Shown here: positions 51,312 through 61,950 of the stretch, in pieces | Layout of the letters: each line of letters begins with the position of its first letter | Numbering within the stretch: position 1 is the stretch's first letter | Assembly (NCBI GenBank): GCA_004431415.1 | Contig: QPMI01000439.1 | Coordinates: forward strand, 437,289 to 501,288 | Reading direction: 5' to 3' | DNA length: 64,000 nucleotides | Origin: Cyanophora paradoxa CCMP329 | Taxonomy: Eukaryota > Plantae > Glaucophyta | Position numbers and translations under genes: made by a program | The notes under the pieces: model-generated | What the model was told of the DNA's origin: nothing | What the model saw: only the letters and a program-made list of their open reading frames with translations | Database searches by the model: none

Positions 51312-52355
51312 ATGACCTCTCTATTAGAAATCCCAAACTATGAACTTGCAGCCAAATCACTGCACAGCACCTCTCATGGAGTAGTTGATTCAACCCCTGG
51401 GTATATTTGTACTGAAACTTCAAGTAATACCTCTTTCACAGAGAATAATATACTCAGAGTCAAAGAAATTCGATGTGATAGGAATGGAGGCAAGATAAGA
51501 ACCACAGGAATTATTATCTCGAATAAAAATCAGGTTCAAGCAGGTCAAGTAGTCCCAGATTCAGCAATATATGATAATGTAGGTGGATTTACCACAGCAC
51601 AGATAGTTTCTTTTGGTAACACAAGTAATACTTCCGCTCTTGTAGTCAAGAGTGGAGGAGCATACTTTGGAGAGGCATTAAAGGTGAATGGAACAGTAAC
51701 AGCATCCATACTAAATGCTGGAAGTGGAATGTTTGAGAGTCCAATAAATTTTGAGGGTGGATATAATGCGAGTAGTTTTTCAGTTGGTGTTGGTGTCTTT
51801 TCCACAATGTTAAACACACCTGAAATTGAATCATCGAATGCACTCAATATCAAGAGAAATGCAGTGGTTACAGCAACCATAAACAATGTTTCCCCTTCAA
51901 TAAATCTAATTAAATATCTGAAAGCTCCTCACCCTCGGTTTTGTATTGTAAATTATTCAACATCAGCAGTTACTGTGGGAACCACATCAACAGCAAGAAG
52001 ATTCGCTTTTAACAGAACTCTTGTGGATGCAAGCAATAATATCACATTATCCACAGGCACCTTTACAGCACCTGTGTCCGGAATTTATAGATTCTTCTTC
52101 ATTGTTCAAATGTCAACAGCTTCATCAACAGGGGAGTGTAGAGTTGCATTTAGAAAGAATGATTTGGCTCTTTCCCTCAATCGGTTCAAGAATTTTCAAC
52201 TTACAATGGAAGGCGAAGTGTTCATATGGAGGCTTCTTTTGCTGTATATGCGAACGAATTTGTGAATGTTATACAAACCTGGACATCGTCCATGCAATAT
52301 GATGCTACAATACAAGGTATTACCTGTTTGGGGGCATCTCATCAGTAGATTATAA
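51312..52355 (+). CDS. Fibre/spike protein A: shared N-terminal domain + C1q-like tip (3' frameshifts)
   Basis: SFTENNILRVKEIRCDRNGGKIRTT, LVVKSGGAYFG and FNRTLVD...STGTFTAPVSGIYRFFF. Confidence 0.75.
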
Positions 52356-52377
52356 ACTTTTTGTTGGGAATTTATAG

Positions 52378-53398
52378 ATGGCTACCCAAATTGCAGTTCC
52401 TGTTTTCTGTTATGCAGCACCTAAATTGCATCAACTGAACCACACAGTTACAGATGCTATTCCCGGGTTTATTTGCACAGAAACCACAGGAGCAGATTCG
52501 TTTACTCAAAATTCGATTATCAGATGCAAGGAGATTCGATGTGATAGAAATGCTGGAAAAATAAGAACCACACAATTAATCGTAAGTAACAAGAATCAGG
52601 TGTTAACAGGTGGTGTAGTTGCTGATGCAGCTATTTATGATGATGCAGGTGGGGTGACCACACCACAGATTGTTACTTTTGATGGGACAGAAAATAATGC
52701 AGCACTTGTAGTTAAATCAGGTGGAGCATGGATAGGTTCGGGAGCTTTTGTGAATGGAACACTCTCAGCTGCAAACGTCTCAATTTCAGGCCAAACGACA
52801 TTTACAGGTGTTGTGAATGCAAATGGTGGTCTTTTTGTTCCTACTTATACAGTCCCTGTGATGACCACAACCACAAAGATTCAAACACTGAAATAGATAC
52901 AGGAGCAAATGTAGATCTCATTCTGAAACGCAATAGCACAGAAGTCGCACGAATTGATGCAGGGGGTCTTACAATCGCAGCAACTTTTATTTGAAGCAAG
53001 AAACCCAACCTCGATTTTGTGTTGGGTTTGGTGTAGCAACAAGAAGTGGAGTATATGGGCGTCTTACTAATTGGTTGCATGAATTCTTTGATAATACCAA
53101 CTCATTTGATGTAGTAGAAGGGAAATTCACAGCGCCTATAAGTGGAGATTATAGATTCTCTCTTAATTCTTATAGTATTGTTACCTCATCTGTGAGTGTA
53201 GATCTGAAAGTAAATGATCAGAATGTTTCAACAGAATTCAATTTCAGGGTAAACAACTCACAAACAGTAACCAACAAAACAATCATTTTGAGCGCAATAC
53301 TCAGACTTGGAGCCGGGGATAATGTCTCTATTTATGCTGTTGATACTTCCATTTCAGAATTCACAACGTTTAGTGGCGAATTGCTGAGCATAATTTAA
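52378..53398 (+). CDS. Fibre/spike protein B: paralogue of A with C1q tip (frameshifts near 52890 and 52990)
   Basis: SFTQNSIIRCKEIRCDRNAGKIRTT, FDNTNSFD..EGKFTAPISGDYRFS, ILRLGAGDNVSIY and FSGELL. Confidence 0.8.
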
Positions 53399-53417
53399 TT
53401 TCTACAAGTAGTTTAGA

Positions 53418-53681
53418 ATGTCGAATATATACCAAGTAGTTCTGACTGATACCGAAAAGTTGGGAATGGAATATTGCGCTGCTTCTGTTCAGGACTGGAT
53501 TGATAATGCTGCCCACAACAGGGCAAGAATCGCAATTGATGAGATTGTTCAGAAAGAGATCCAATCTTGCATCTCATCAGGAGTTCAGATACCAACCTCA
53601 AAGGAAGCGATTGTATTACAGGCATTCCAAAGGGGAACTGTAAAGAAAGGCATCGAGTATAACAATGTCACAGAAGAGTAG
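53418..53681 (+). CDS. Small helical protein, putative fibre-assembly chaperone of phage type
   Basis: Intact 87-aa ORF LTDTEKLGMEY.AASVQDWIDNAAHNRARIAIDEIV, immediately after a C1q fibre gene. Confidence 0.55.
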   Translation: MSNIYQVVLTDTEKLGMEYCAASVQDWIDNAAHNRARIAIDEIVQKEIQSCISSGVQIPTSKEAIVLQAFQRGTVKKGIEYNNVTEE

Positions 53682-53719
53682 TGTACATTATTTTTCTTTC
53701 CTTCTTAGTAAAAGAAGCA

Positions 53720-54563
53720 ATGGGTGAATATAATCGAGTTCAACTTCCAATATATTCCTTGGATCCCCTGCTATGCACTTTCGCCAGCATGAAGTTAATG
53801 ATGAGGTTCGTGGTTTAGAATCCACAGAGAGACCCAATTCCAATGGTAACTCTTTTGATAAGAATTCGATTATTCGAGTTAAAGAACTGAGAGCAGACAA
53901 GAATTCGGGTGTGGTTAAAACAACTCGACTCCTTGTCTCAAATGCGAACTTCTTCCAACCCACTAATGGAGGTCTGATGCTTACAGTGTAGACCTGAAAG
54001 CCCTCGATTTTGACAAGAATTCTGCTGCTGTAACTGTGAGATCAGGTGGAGCATTTATTGGTGGTGGTTGCAGAGTTTCAGGTCAACTCTCCTCATCAAT
54101 TGCATACAATGATGTCCCAGATACTCTTGAACAGAATGTTGAAGACCCACAACGAATTCGATTATATATACCAGTTGCACAACAGCCAATTATTCAATTT
54201 TACCAAGGTTATACTGTCACACTTGAAAACTCTGAATTGATTGAAGGAACCAAAAGAGTAATGAGAGGGCTGGTCATTCCTTCTGCAATGCTTTCTTTAT
54301 GTAGAGCCAACAATAACCAGCCAGGTCACAGATACAATTTCAGTGTTCAAGGATATGATCATTTCGGCACAGGGTTCTGTGTTTATAATAACAATTTCAC
54401 CTATGATCTGTTTGTTACAGATATTGGAAAATATACAATTACAGTTATGGGTATCAGAACAGATATAGCTGCTGTCTCAGCTCTAAGAGGTGTTACTCCT
54501 GATACTCTTTCTCAAACAGGGTTTTACCAGGAACCAGATGTGATTGATAACCCAACCCCATAA
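53720..54563 (+). CDS. Fibre/spike protein C: same N-terminal domain, unrelated C-terminal domain (frameshifts)
   Basis: SFDKNSIIRVKELRADKNSGVVKTT and VRSGGAFIG. Confidence 0.7.
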
Positions 54564-54586
54564 ATTATATATTACTTTAATGTAAA

Positions 54587-54617
54587 ATGGCTGCCCCAGT
54601 AGAGCGAATTATTACAC
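54587..54617 (+). pseudogene. 5' stub of a viral ORF interrupted by the LINE
   Basis: gtaaaATG GCT GCC CCA GTA GAG CGA ATT ATT ACA runs directly into T13. Confidence 0.55.
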
Positions 54618-56239
54618 TTTTTTTTTTTTTCAGTAATCCCTAGTGTATTAGGGGACTGGTGCCCCAAGTTGACAAACAGCTAATGCTATCTGCCTACCCT
54701 AGGCCTAAGCCTACAAACACACGACAAGTCTAGCTTACCTCCCCCCTATTGGGTCTCCAGCTAGACTAACCCCGAGGGAATCTCCCTACTGCGAGCCCTA
54801 CCCCCTAAGGCCACTCTTGCGGCCCTCGGTGGGGCCTCCCCCAGCGGCCGCGCGAGCGCGGCCATTGGGGGGGTGGGGTTGGGGGTGGGGAGCTGGGGCC
54901 GGAGAGTTTATTGGGGCAGGGCCCCGGAGGATTTATTGCGCACCGCCTCTGCGGTGCGAGCGCCGCCGGGCGCGGGGCCCCCGGGGGAGGGGTTGGGGCC
55001 CCCCATCCGGCGGCGGGTCCCGCCCTGCAGGCTGCCAGCGGCGTGGCAGCCTGCACCTGCGCGGGCGGGACCGGACCTGGCGCAGGCAGGCAGGCCACGC
55101 CCGAGGGGCCTGCTCTCCTCCAGGAGTGGGCCTCTCAAGCGCGAGCGTGGCGTCAGCCCGGCGCGCGCGGGCAGGGAGTGCACACTTTGGGCTCAGGGTC
55201 TGTAGCCCAGCGGGGAGAGGCCGAAGATGAGGAGGGACTGGATGAGGTCGCCGCGGTGGAGCAGGGGGTGGTACCTTGGGGGGCAGAGAAGGGGGTACGG
55301 GGCTCGGTGGAGGCGGCGGTGACGGCCCAGGGGGTGTAGGCAGAGGGGACATCGGTCTGGGGGCGGGAGTGCCTCGGGGTGGAGCTGGCGCGCGCGGGCG
55401 GAAAACTCGAATGGGGGCGGTGGTGCGGGGACCGAGGGCGGTGCCGGCGGTGGTGGGGGGGCCCGGCGGCGGGGGGCGCGGGCTGGCGGGGCGGGGCCGG
55501 TCTTGCGGTTCGACGGGTGACGGCGGTGTGGGGGGGTCAGAGAGGCTCGCCGAGGCGGGGGGTCCGGGGGGGGCGGTCCTGTGGATCAGGGGCTGGGACA
55601 GCCGGACCTGCACGTCGGGCTCCGCGGTCTCCACGTGCAAGAAGATTGTTGCGGGCGGAGGTGAAGCCGGCCGAGTCACGGAGGGCGGCCAGCTCACGCT
55701 CGCGGCGCGTGAGGCGGCGGGGTAGCGGGGCTGGCTGCGGGGAGGGGAGGAGGCTGGGGGGTGTGGGGGGGAGGGGGCTGGGGGGAAGGGGGGGGAGACG
55801 GGGCCGGGGACGGTGGAGGGGCCGGTCGGGCGGGCGAGGGGAGGGGGCCGGGGGTGGCGGAGGTCCGCTGGGGGCGGGGGCGGCGGGGAGTCCGGAGGGG
55901 GAGGGGGCAGTTGCGAGTCGGGGCCGGGAGAACGGGGGAGAGACCGACCGCGGACCGGAAGTAGGATTGGAGGGGCGCATCGCCACGGTCGTCCTCTGCC
56001 GCGGCCTTTGCCGCGGCCCTTACCGGGTCGAGCTGTGCCGGCACCTAGTCGGGAGGAAGGGCCTGTCGCCTCCGGTCGGCCTGTCGGAGGTGGGCGAGGC
56101 GAGGCGGGGGGCGGGGCGGGGCGTGGGGGGGGCGGGGGGTCCGGGGCTCGCGGCGGCGGGGGTGGAGCCGGAGCCGGAGGGGGCTGGGGCGGACCTCTGG
56201 GGCCGGGTCCGGGTGCTGGGGGCCGTTGGCTTGTGGCTA

Positions 56240-56860
56240 GGATTCGGGTGAGGATGAGGCTGCGCCAGTGGGCGCAGCACCGGCTGCTGCCATCGAAGGG
56301 CGAGTTGGGGTCCGTGAGCGCGTCTTCTTGGCCCCGGACCAGGGCGTCTGCCAGGGCACAGACAATTACACCGCAGCTGAAGCGGTCCCGTTGTTCGGGG
56401 ATGGGGTACCTGGTGGCCGATGCAAGCGGCCAGGCGGTGGGGTCGTCTGAGGGGAGGTTGCGTTCCCGGCGCTCGAGCTGGAGCCAGCGGAGAATCGGGG
56501 CCAGCTTCTCTCGAGCCGACTCTGCGTTTGGCAGGTTGTAGGCATCATAGAGTTCGGCTCGACGGTCACGTACGTGGATCGCAGCGAAGGTCCAGTGGCC
56601 CGGTGAGTGGATCGGGAAGAGCAGAACATCGAAGTCGAACGGGCTGACCCGCGGGCTACCAGCTTGTTGTGAAGGCGCTGGGGGCCTCGGCCTGGCGCGG
56701 AGAGGTTAGGGTACTCAAGCGAGTCAAAGATTAGTGGACGGCGGGCCAGGGCAGGGAGTTGGGCGAGGAGGGCGAGGTAGAAGACAACGGTCTCGTCGTC
56801 TAACCAGGTCTCACCATTGAGCCGACTGAGAGATCTCCTCGTGACGTTGATGCTGCCCGA
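56240..56860 (-). CDS. Ulp1/SENP (C48) cysteine protease domain in the LINE; one frameshift near 56650
   Basis: LSRLNGETWLDDETVVFYLALL; the shifted frame gives FDVLLFPIHSPGHWTFAAI, ELYDAY and IPEQRDRFSCGVIVC (His, Asp, Gln and Cys all present). Confidence 0.88.
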
Positions 56861-58899
56861 GGTACCGAGCAGCGGCGAGGAGATCTGTCGGAGTACTTCC
56901 TGCGCAGGCTTTAGCGGGCCGGGTCGGGTCTGTGCCCACGCTAGGCGGACCTCTTCGGACGGCGGCAGGGGGGGCCACGGGCTGGGCTGCGGGCGGGTCG
57001 GGGCCGCGGGCAAGGGTGAGTGCCGGGGCTCCGGCGGGTGAGGCGCTGGGGGGCTCAGGGGGGGTGGAGGGTTAAGCTGGGGGGCTGAGCTCACGGGAGG
57101 GGCGTCCGATCGCGAGGTTGCTTTGAGGTTCGTGGGCGGGCTGTGCGGGCTGTCTGCGGCGACATTCATCAGGTCATGGGCGTCGGGCGGGGAGGGCGGG
57201 CAAGCTGGACGGTCTGTGCTCGACCGGCCTACTGCTGAGTGCGCATCGCGCGCTGGCGCTGCGTCGGCTGGAGACGGGCGCGTTCCGGTACGCTTGGGGG
57301 TACCGGAATACTACTGACCGGCACTACGGGTGCGGGCTGCGGGTTCGGGTCCGGCTGGGGGCGTGTCTCCCGGCGCGGCGGCTTCTTCGGCGGGCCGCGG
57401 GGTCTGTTGCTGGCGGGGTCGAGGCGCCGTCAGAGTCCGACGCGTGAGGCCACAGCGGCGCTGCCAGGCTTGGACGTCCGAGTTTCGCGCCTGCCAAATC
57501 TCCTGGAGCCCAGTCACAAGTACATCAAAGATCCCGTTCGCGCATTTCCGAGCAGCGGGGCGCGGACATGAAGGTACTCGAGGGCCGGGACCAGACTGCG
57601 GGGAGGAGCAGCCGGACGGACAGGCGGGGCGAGTCGTGCGAGAGGTCGGTGAAAAGGGCCTGTCCGTGAGTCAGCCAGCGGGAGGGGAGCCGTAGAGACA
57701 GGCACGGAGGTGGGGGGTACAGGCCGGGTCGCGAGCGTTCGTGCACGTCTGACGCCAGCGGCGTTCGTCAGCGAGGGCGAAGGCGGGAAATAGGTCGCGG
57801 AGGAACAGGCCGTCCGACTTCAGGCCGTCCGGGAGCTCGTACCTCGTTGCGGCGACTTTAGTCTCTGCGTGGTGATCGTTGTGTGGAGGAGGTTGTAAAT
57901 CTTGGATTGCATAGCGAGCCGGGCCGCTTGCGATGCCAAACAAAGGCCGAAGGCGTGGTCGTGGGTCTCGGGTTGACTCGCGCTGTGGAGCGCCGGCGGG
58001 GGTCGCGGTCTGCGGTTGCGGCGGCTCCTGGGTCGCGCCTCGGTGCCCAGGGGGTGCCGGGATGGGCCGCCGGAGGCGTCGGCGACGCGAGCGCACCCAG
58101 GGCGTACGCACAGGCCTTGCGGGTTGATGTTGCCGTAGAGGTGTGGGGCATCGCGGGCACGGACAGGTAGGAGGGCGCGAGTTCCATGCTGAATTTGGTG
58201 AGCTGCGCAAGCGGGCATTGAACGGGCTGACGCGTCGCGGGAGGCGCCTGCTTACGGAATTCGCGCGCGAGCCGTGCCGTCGGCCGGGGCGCCGAGCCAC
58301 GAGGATTCAAGCGACGTCAGCCGCACGAAGTTACGCATTCGCAGACGGCGCGGACGTGGGCCGGGGGTCGGACTCGACGCGGTACGCTCTGCTGGAGTCG
58401 TACCCTCCAGGCTCCTGCGGGGGGGTGAGAAGAGGAGACGAACTCGAACCCGCCGGGGGAAAGAGGGGCTCACGCCGTGCTAGCCATGCACGTTTGCGGC
58501 AGCCGAGACGGCGGGTCGGATGCGACTGCGGGATCTGCCTGCCAGGTGGCGCTCTCGACGTCAGCCCAGGCATTGAGGCCGTGGCCATCGCTGCAGACCT
58601 TGGAGAACGGGGCGCAGGGGTGCAGGGCGAGTGCCGCTGCGGCGAGGCGGTCGGCTCGGTGGTTATCCGGTCGTACGCATCATTCAGTACCCTCTCCATG
58701 CGTTGGGCGATCGGGAGGCCGGCGAGGGCGGGAACGTGGGGCCGAGAGCCGCGAGCGCGTCTCGACGGCGCTGGCGTTCCTCCCGGCGCGCCGTGCGGTC
58801 TGACGTTCGATCTGGTGGAGAATGCGTCGAGTCTCGCGGCGGCGGAGGTGAGCAGTGCGCGCACGGATGTGCTCGACAGGTAGTTATAGCGCCCGAAAG

Positions 58900-59650
58900 C
58901 GGGTTCGGGCGCCCGCGTACACCCTTGTCCCTCGCCGAATTTGGCGATAAGCTCGCGTCAGAGGGCTCGGGGGGAGGTCGTCCGGGGCGGAGAGGTAGGA
59001 CACGTACGATCCGGAGTCGTCCGCATCGCTGTCCGTCTCGGGCTCTGCGGGGCGACAGGCGCAGGCCGGTCAGTGTACTCTTTCTGATGCGCCTTCACTT
59101 CTGTACGCGGACCTCGGCGGGTGGCCTTCCGGCGGCGGCGGCGAGGGCTCTGCGGTGCTGATGGACTTCTGCAGCCGCTCGCAGATGGTGCGAGAAGTTG
59201 GTGCGAAGCCGCTGCGGACCGTCGAGTCAGCGCGGTGCAGGACAGAGCGGCGGATGAGTGACATCGCCGTCGAGCTGTCTGTCTTAACTGTGCAGCCCTC
59301 GGCGACTTTAAGAAGGCCGTGAGGACGGCGAGGAGCTCGCCTTTGTTGTTGTTGACAGTGCCGGGCACGGGGCGACAAAGAAGTCGCTGCCGTCCGTGGG
59401 ATGGCTTCGGCGAGCTCCCGCAGGGCCGCCGCCTGTGGGCGTCATCTTCTGCGCATGCATCGGCTTCACGCAGCAGCTGGTTTTTCAGCTGTATACCTTC
59501 GCTGCGGCGCTGGGCTTCCCGCTGCGATCCGCTGGGGAGTGCGCCGCGTTTGCTCGTGGTCCCGGGTCCAGACACCGCGTAAGCCGTTAGCGCCGCCTCG
59601 GATCCGAACCCCGTTGTGCTGGCATCGGTCGCCGCACTCTCGGGGCCGGG
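58900..59650 (-). CDS. RNase H domain of LINE ORF2 (frameshifted)
   Basis: ATDAS, NNNKGELLAV, VKTDSSTAM and EVKAH. Confidence 0.72.
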
Positions 59651-61149
59651 CAGCGGGAGCTCCTCGCGGCGAAGCTCCTGGGCTACGAGGTTCCAGAACG
59701 GGTCGGCTAGGGCTCCGGGTCGATGAGAAAGTGCTCGAGAGGCTGGCGATCCGGTATACAGGCGGTGCGGTGCGCGGTGGCACTGTACCGGGCGGCGTTG
59801 CTTGTAGCCGACGGCGGCTGGGCTGCGCGGAGGGATCCGCTTCGTAATCCAATCGCGTTCCACGGAGGAAGGAAGAGCGTCGTGCGGAACTCGGTCCACC
59901 ACTCCTGACTCTCTAGCTTCACAACCGCGTACGGTTCGTGCTTCCGCGTGCGGGTCGCCGGGTGATTAGCTCGAGGAGGCGGCCGGTGAATGTGGATAGA
60001 GTCCTCGGTCCACTGGCAGGCGCCTGACTCCGGCTCAGAGTGGTCGCAGCGCTGGCGCGCCGCCTTGGCTGTCGCATCGTCCGTCGTGTACCGCGCATCG
60101 CACTCATCTTTGAGCATCGTGCACTTGTAGAATCGGGCGGCGCCCTCCCGTCGCCGTCGCGGATCGTGCGGTCGCGCCAGATCCAATGTTCCAGGCGGAC
60201 TACACGCGAGCGCCCATCGTCTTCATCGCGCTTCTCCATTTGCTAACGATGCGCGTCAGGTAGCCCTGCGGGTGCCAGCGAACTGTCCCTCACGTACGGC
60301 GGGCTCATCAGGTTCGCTTCGAAAGCGTCTGCTGGCGCCGCGCCCCTGCTTGAGCACGTGCATGGGAAGCGCAGGGAGCGTGGGAGCTTCCTCGCGGGAC
60401 GGGCTCGCAGATTGCGCGGAGGAAGTCTGGAACCACGACGGCGCCCGGCTGAGACGCTGGCGACGCGGCCGCTGCCCAGAGGCTCGCCCAGTCCAGAACG
60501 GTGCGCCGTCCGGCCCGTGATGTCCGCCGCGTCAGCAGATCGTGTTCCCACAGAACGCGCGGCGCTGCGAGGAGGCTGCGGTAGAAGCGTAGTGAGGACG
60601 AATCTTCGTTCGAGTCGAGGATGCGGGAGGCCGAGTCAGGTGCGACCTTCCCGAGTCGAGGATGTAGCCTCCGCATTCATATTTCGGGCTATAGCGAGGG
60701 CTAGATGATCGCGCGGAGGCCGGGCCTGGATCTAGTTCGGATAGCAGTACGGGGGAGAGAAGCATAGCTTTTCCTGCGCCGCGAACACCGGTGGAGGAGA
60801 TACGGGCGAAGCGTCGGGTGGTTCGCGCGGATTGTTTCGTCTAGGACGTGTATGGGAGCTGCTCGTCTGCCAGGCGCTTCAGCCATAGAATCGCGGCTCC
60901 ATATTAGGGCGTTGGGCGCCGAGCGGCGGAGGCGCGCCTGATGCTGACTAGCGTCATCCACAGGGTATCTATCTGGGCGCACTGGCGCTCGGTGTACGCG
61001 ACACCTTGCAGGCGTACGTGATGCGCGGATGAGTCGCTGTTCACGATGTACACTGCTTCCTTTGCGTGAGCTTCTTTTCTTGAGATCGCGCAGCGGTCTG
61101 CGCCATCGTGTAGACCGCTTCGAACTGATGCCTCCATTTAGGTCCGCGG

Positions 61150-61950
61150 TAAACCAGACCCCAGGAACTTGAAGGCTTCGTCGGAGGCAGGACGTGGTGC
61201 GCACGCTCCTTAGCCCCGGCGGCCAAGAGGGCGGTTTGGGCTCGGAGATACGTTGTTATAAGTGAACTCAGTCTCTTCGCGTTCAGGGCGATATCGTGGA
61301 TCCAGAGATTCCATACCAGTCCGCATGCAGTTGTACCCCCGCGGACGAGCTGATGAGCACGGTGTCGTCCGCGTAGGCCTGCCTGGCAGTCAACGTCGGG
61401 AGGTGAGCCCGGAGGCGTGAGCTGGCGGGGGCCGGCAGGTGCGATCCCGGGCCCATGCGTATGTTGTACCCTCGCCGCGCTGACTTCGCGCAGGGCCGTA
61501 AGGAAGACATCGTAAAAGATAGCCAGTGGATAGGCGATTCCGTACCCCCTGGGGAACCCGCACCGACATCAACGGTTCGGTGGGCGTACCCGGTGAGGAC
61601 CGATCCTTGCGCCGCGTCGTGAGCTGTTCGTACAGCTGAATGTACTTCTCAGGATGCGGAGGCGCGGAGGGCCATCGCCTGCTGGCCAGCTCACGCTGTC
61701 GTAGCTCGACGGATGTCAAGGAGACAGTAGATCGTTTAGAGAATGTTCGCATCTTCAAGTAATGCGCGCATCATGTAGAGCGCTCGTCGTCGATTACCAC
61801 GTGTAAGGCGTAGTTTGCGCCTTCGTAGTTTTCTTCGGATGATCTGGAGAGTCTATCCGTGAGAAGAGCTTTACCAGTTCAGGGCGATTCTTGCAGTGTT
61901 ATCGGTCTGACGTTGTCAGGGTGCCGTCCCATTCCCCGCTCTCGGGATCA
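61150..61950 (-). CDS. Reverse transcriptase domain of LINE ORF2 (heavily frameshifted)
   Basis: NVRPITL, DIRRA(Y)DSVSW, VPQG, AYADDTVL (YADD at 61364-61375) and GVWF. Confidence 0.88.

Larger units (their letters stand above)
29600..54617. mobile_element. Endogenous Polinton-like/Maverick-type dsDNA virus. Left edge uncertain (~29.55-30.35 kb); right part cut off by the LINE insertion
   Basis: Sharp drop in GC, intron-less dense genes, MCP + mCPs + A32 ATPase + pPolB + rve integrase + primase-helicase. Confidence 0.93.

Noticed and set aside
34686-54580. Mimivirus-style hairpin polyadenylation signals after every viral gene
   Set aside because: Only one convincing hairpin (46360-46382); other 3' ends show none by eye.
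29600-54617. Bacterial or prophage contamination
   Set aside because: No terminase, portal or HK97 genes; the core genes are Maverick/PLV type, and a host-like LINE is inserted in the element.
56240-56860. Ulp1-like domain as the missing viral maturation protease
   Set aside because: It is GC-rich, co-oriented with the LINE and lies between ORF2 and the poly(A) tail, so it belongs to the retrotransposon.
57500-58300. Restriction-like endonuclease making the LINE a Dualen/RandI element
   Set aside because: No convincing RH...PD...D-x-K motif set; the IW..RN ending fits APE-only ORF2s.
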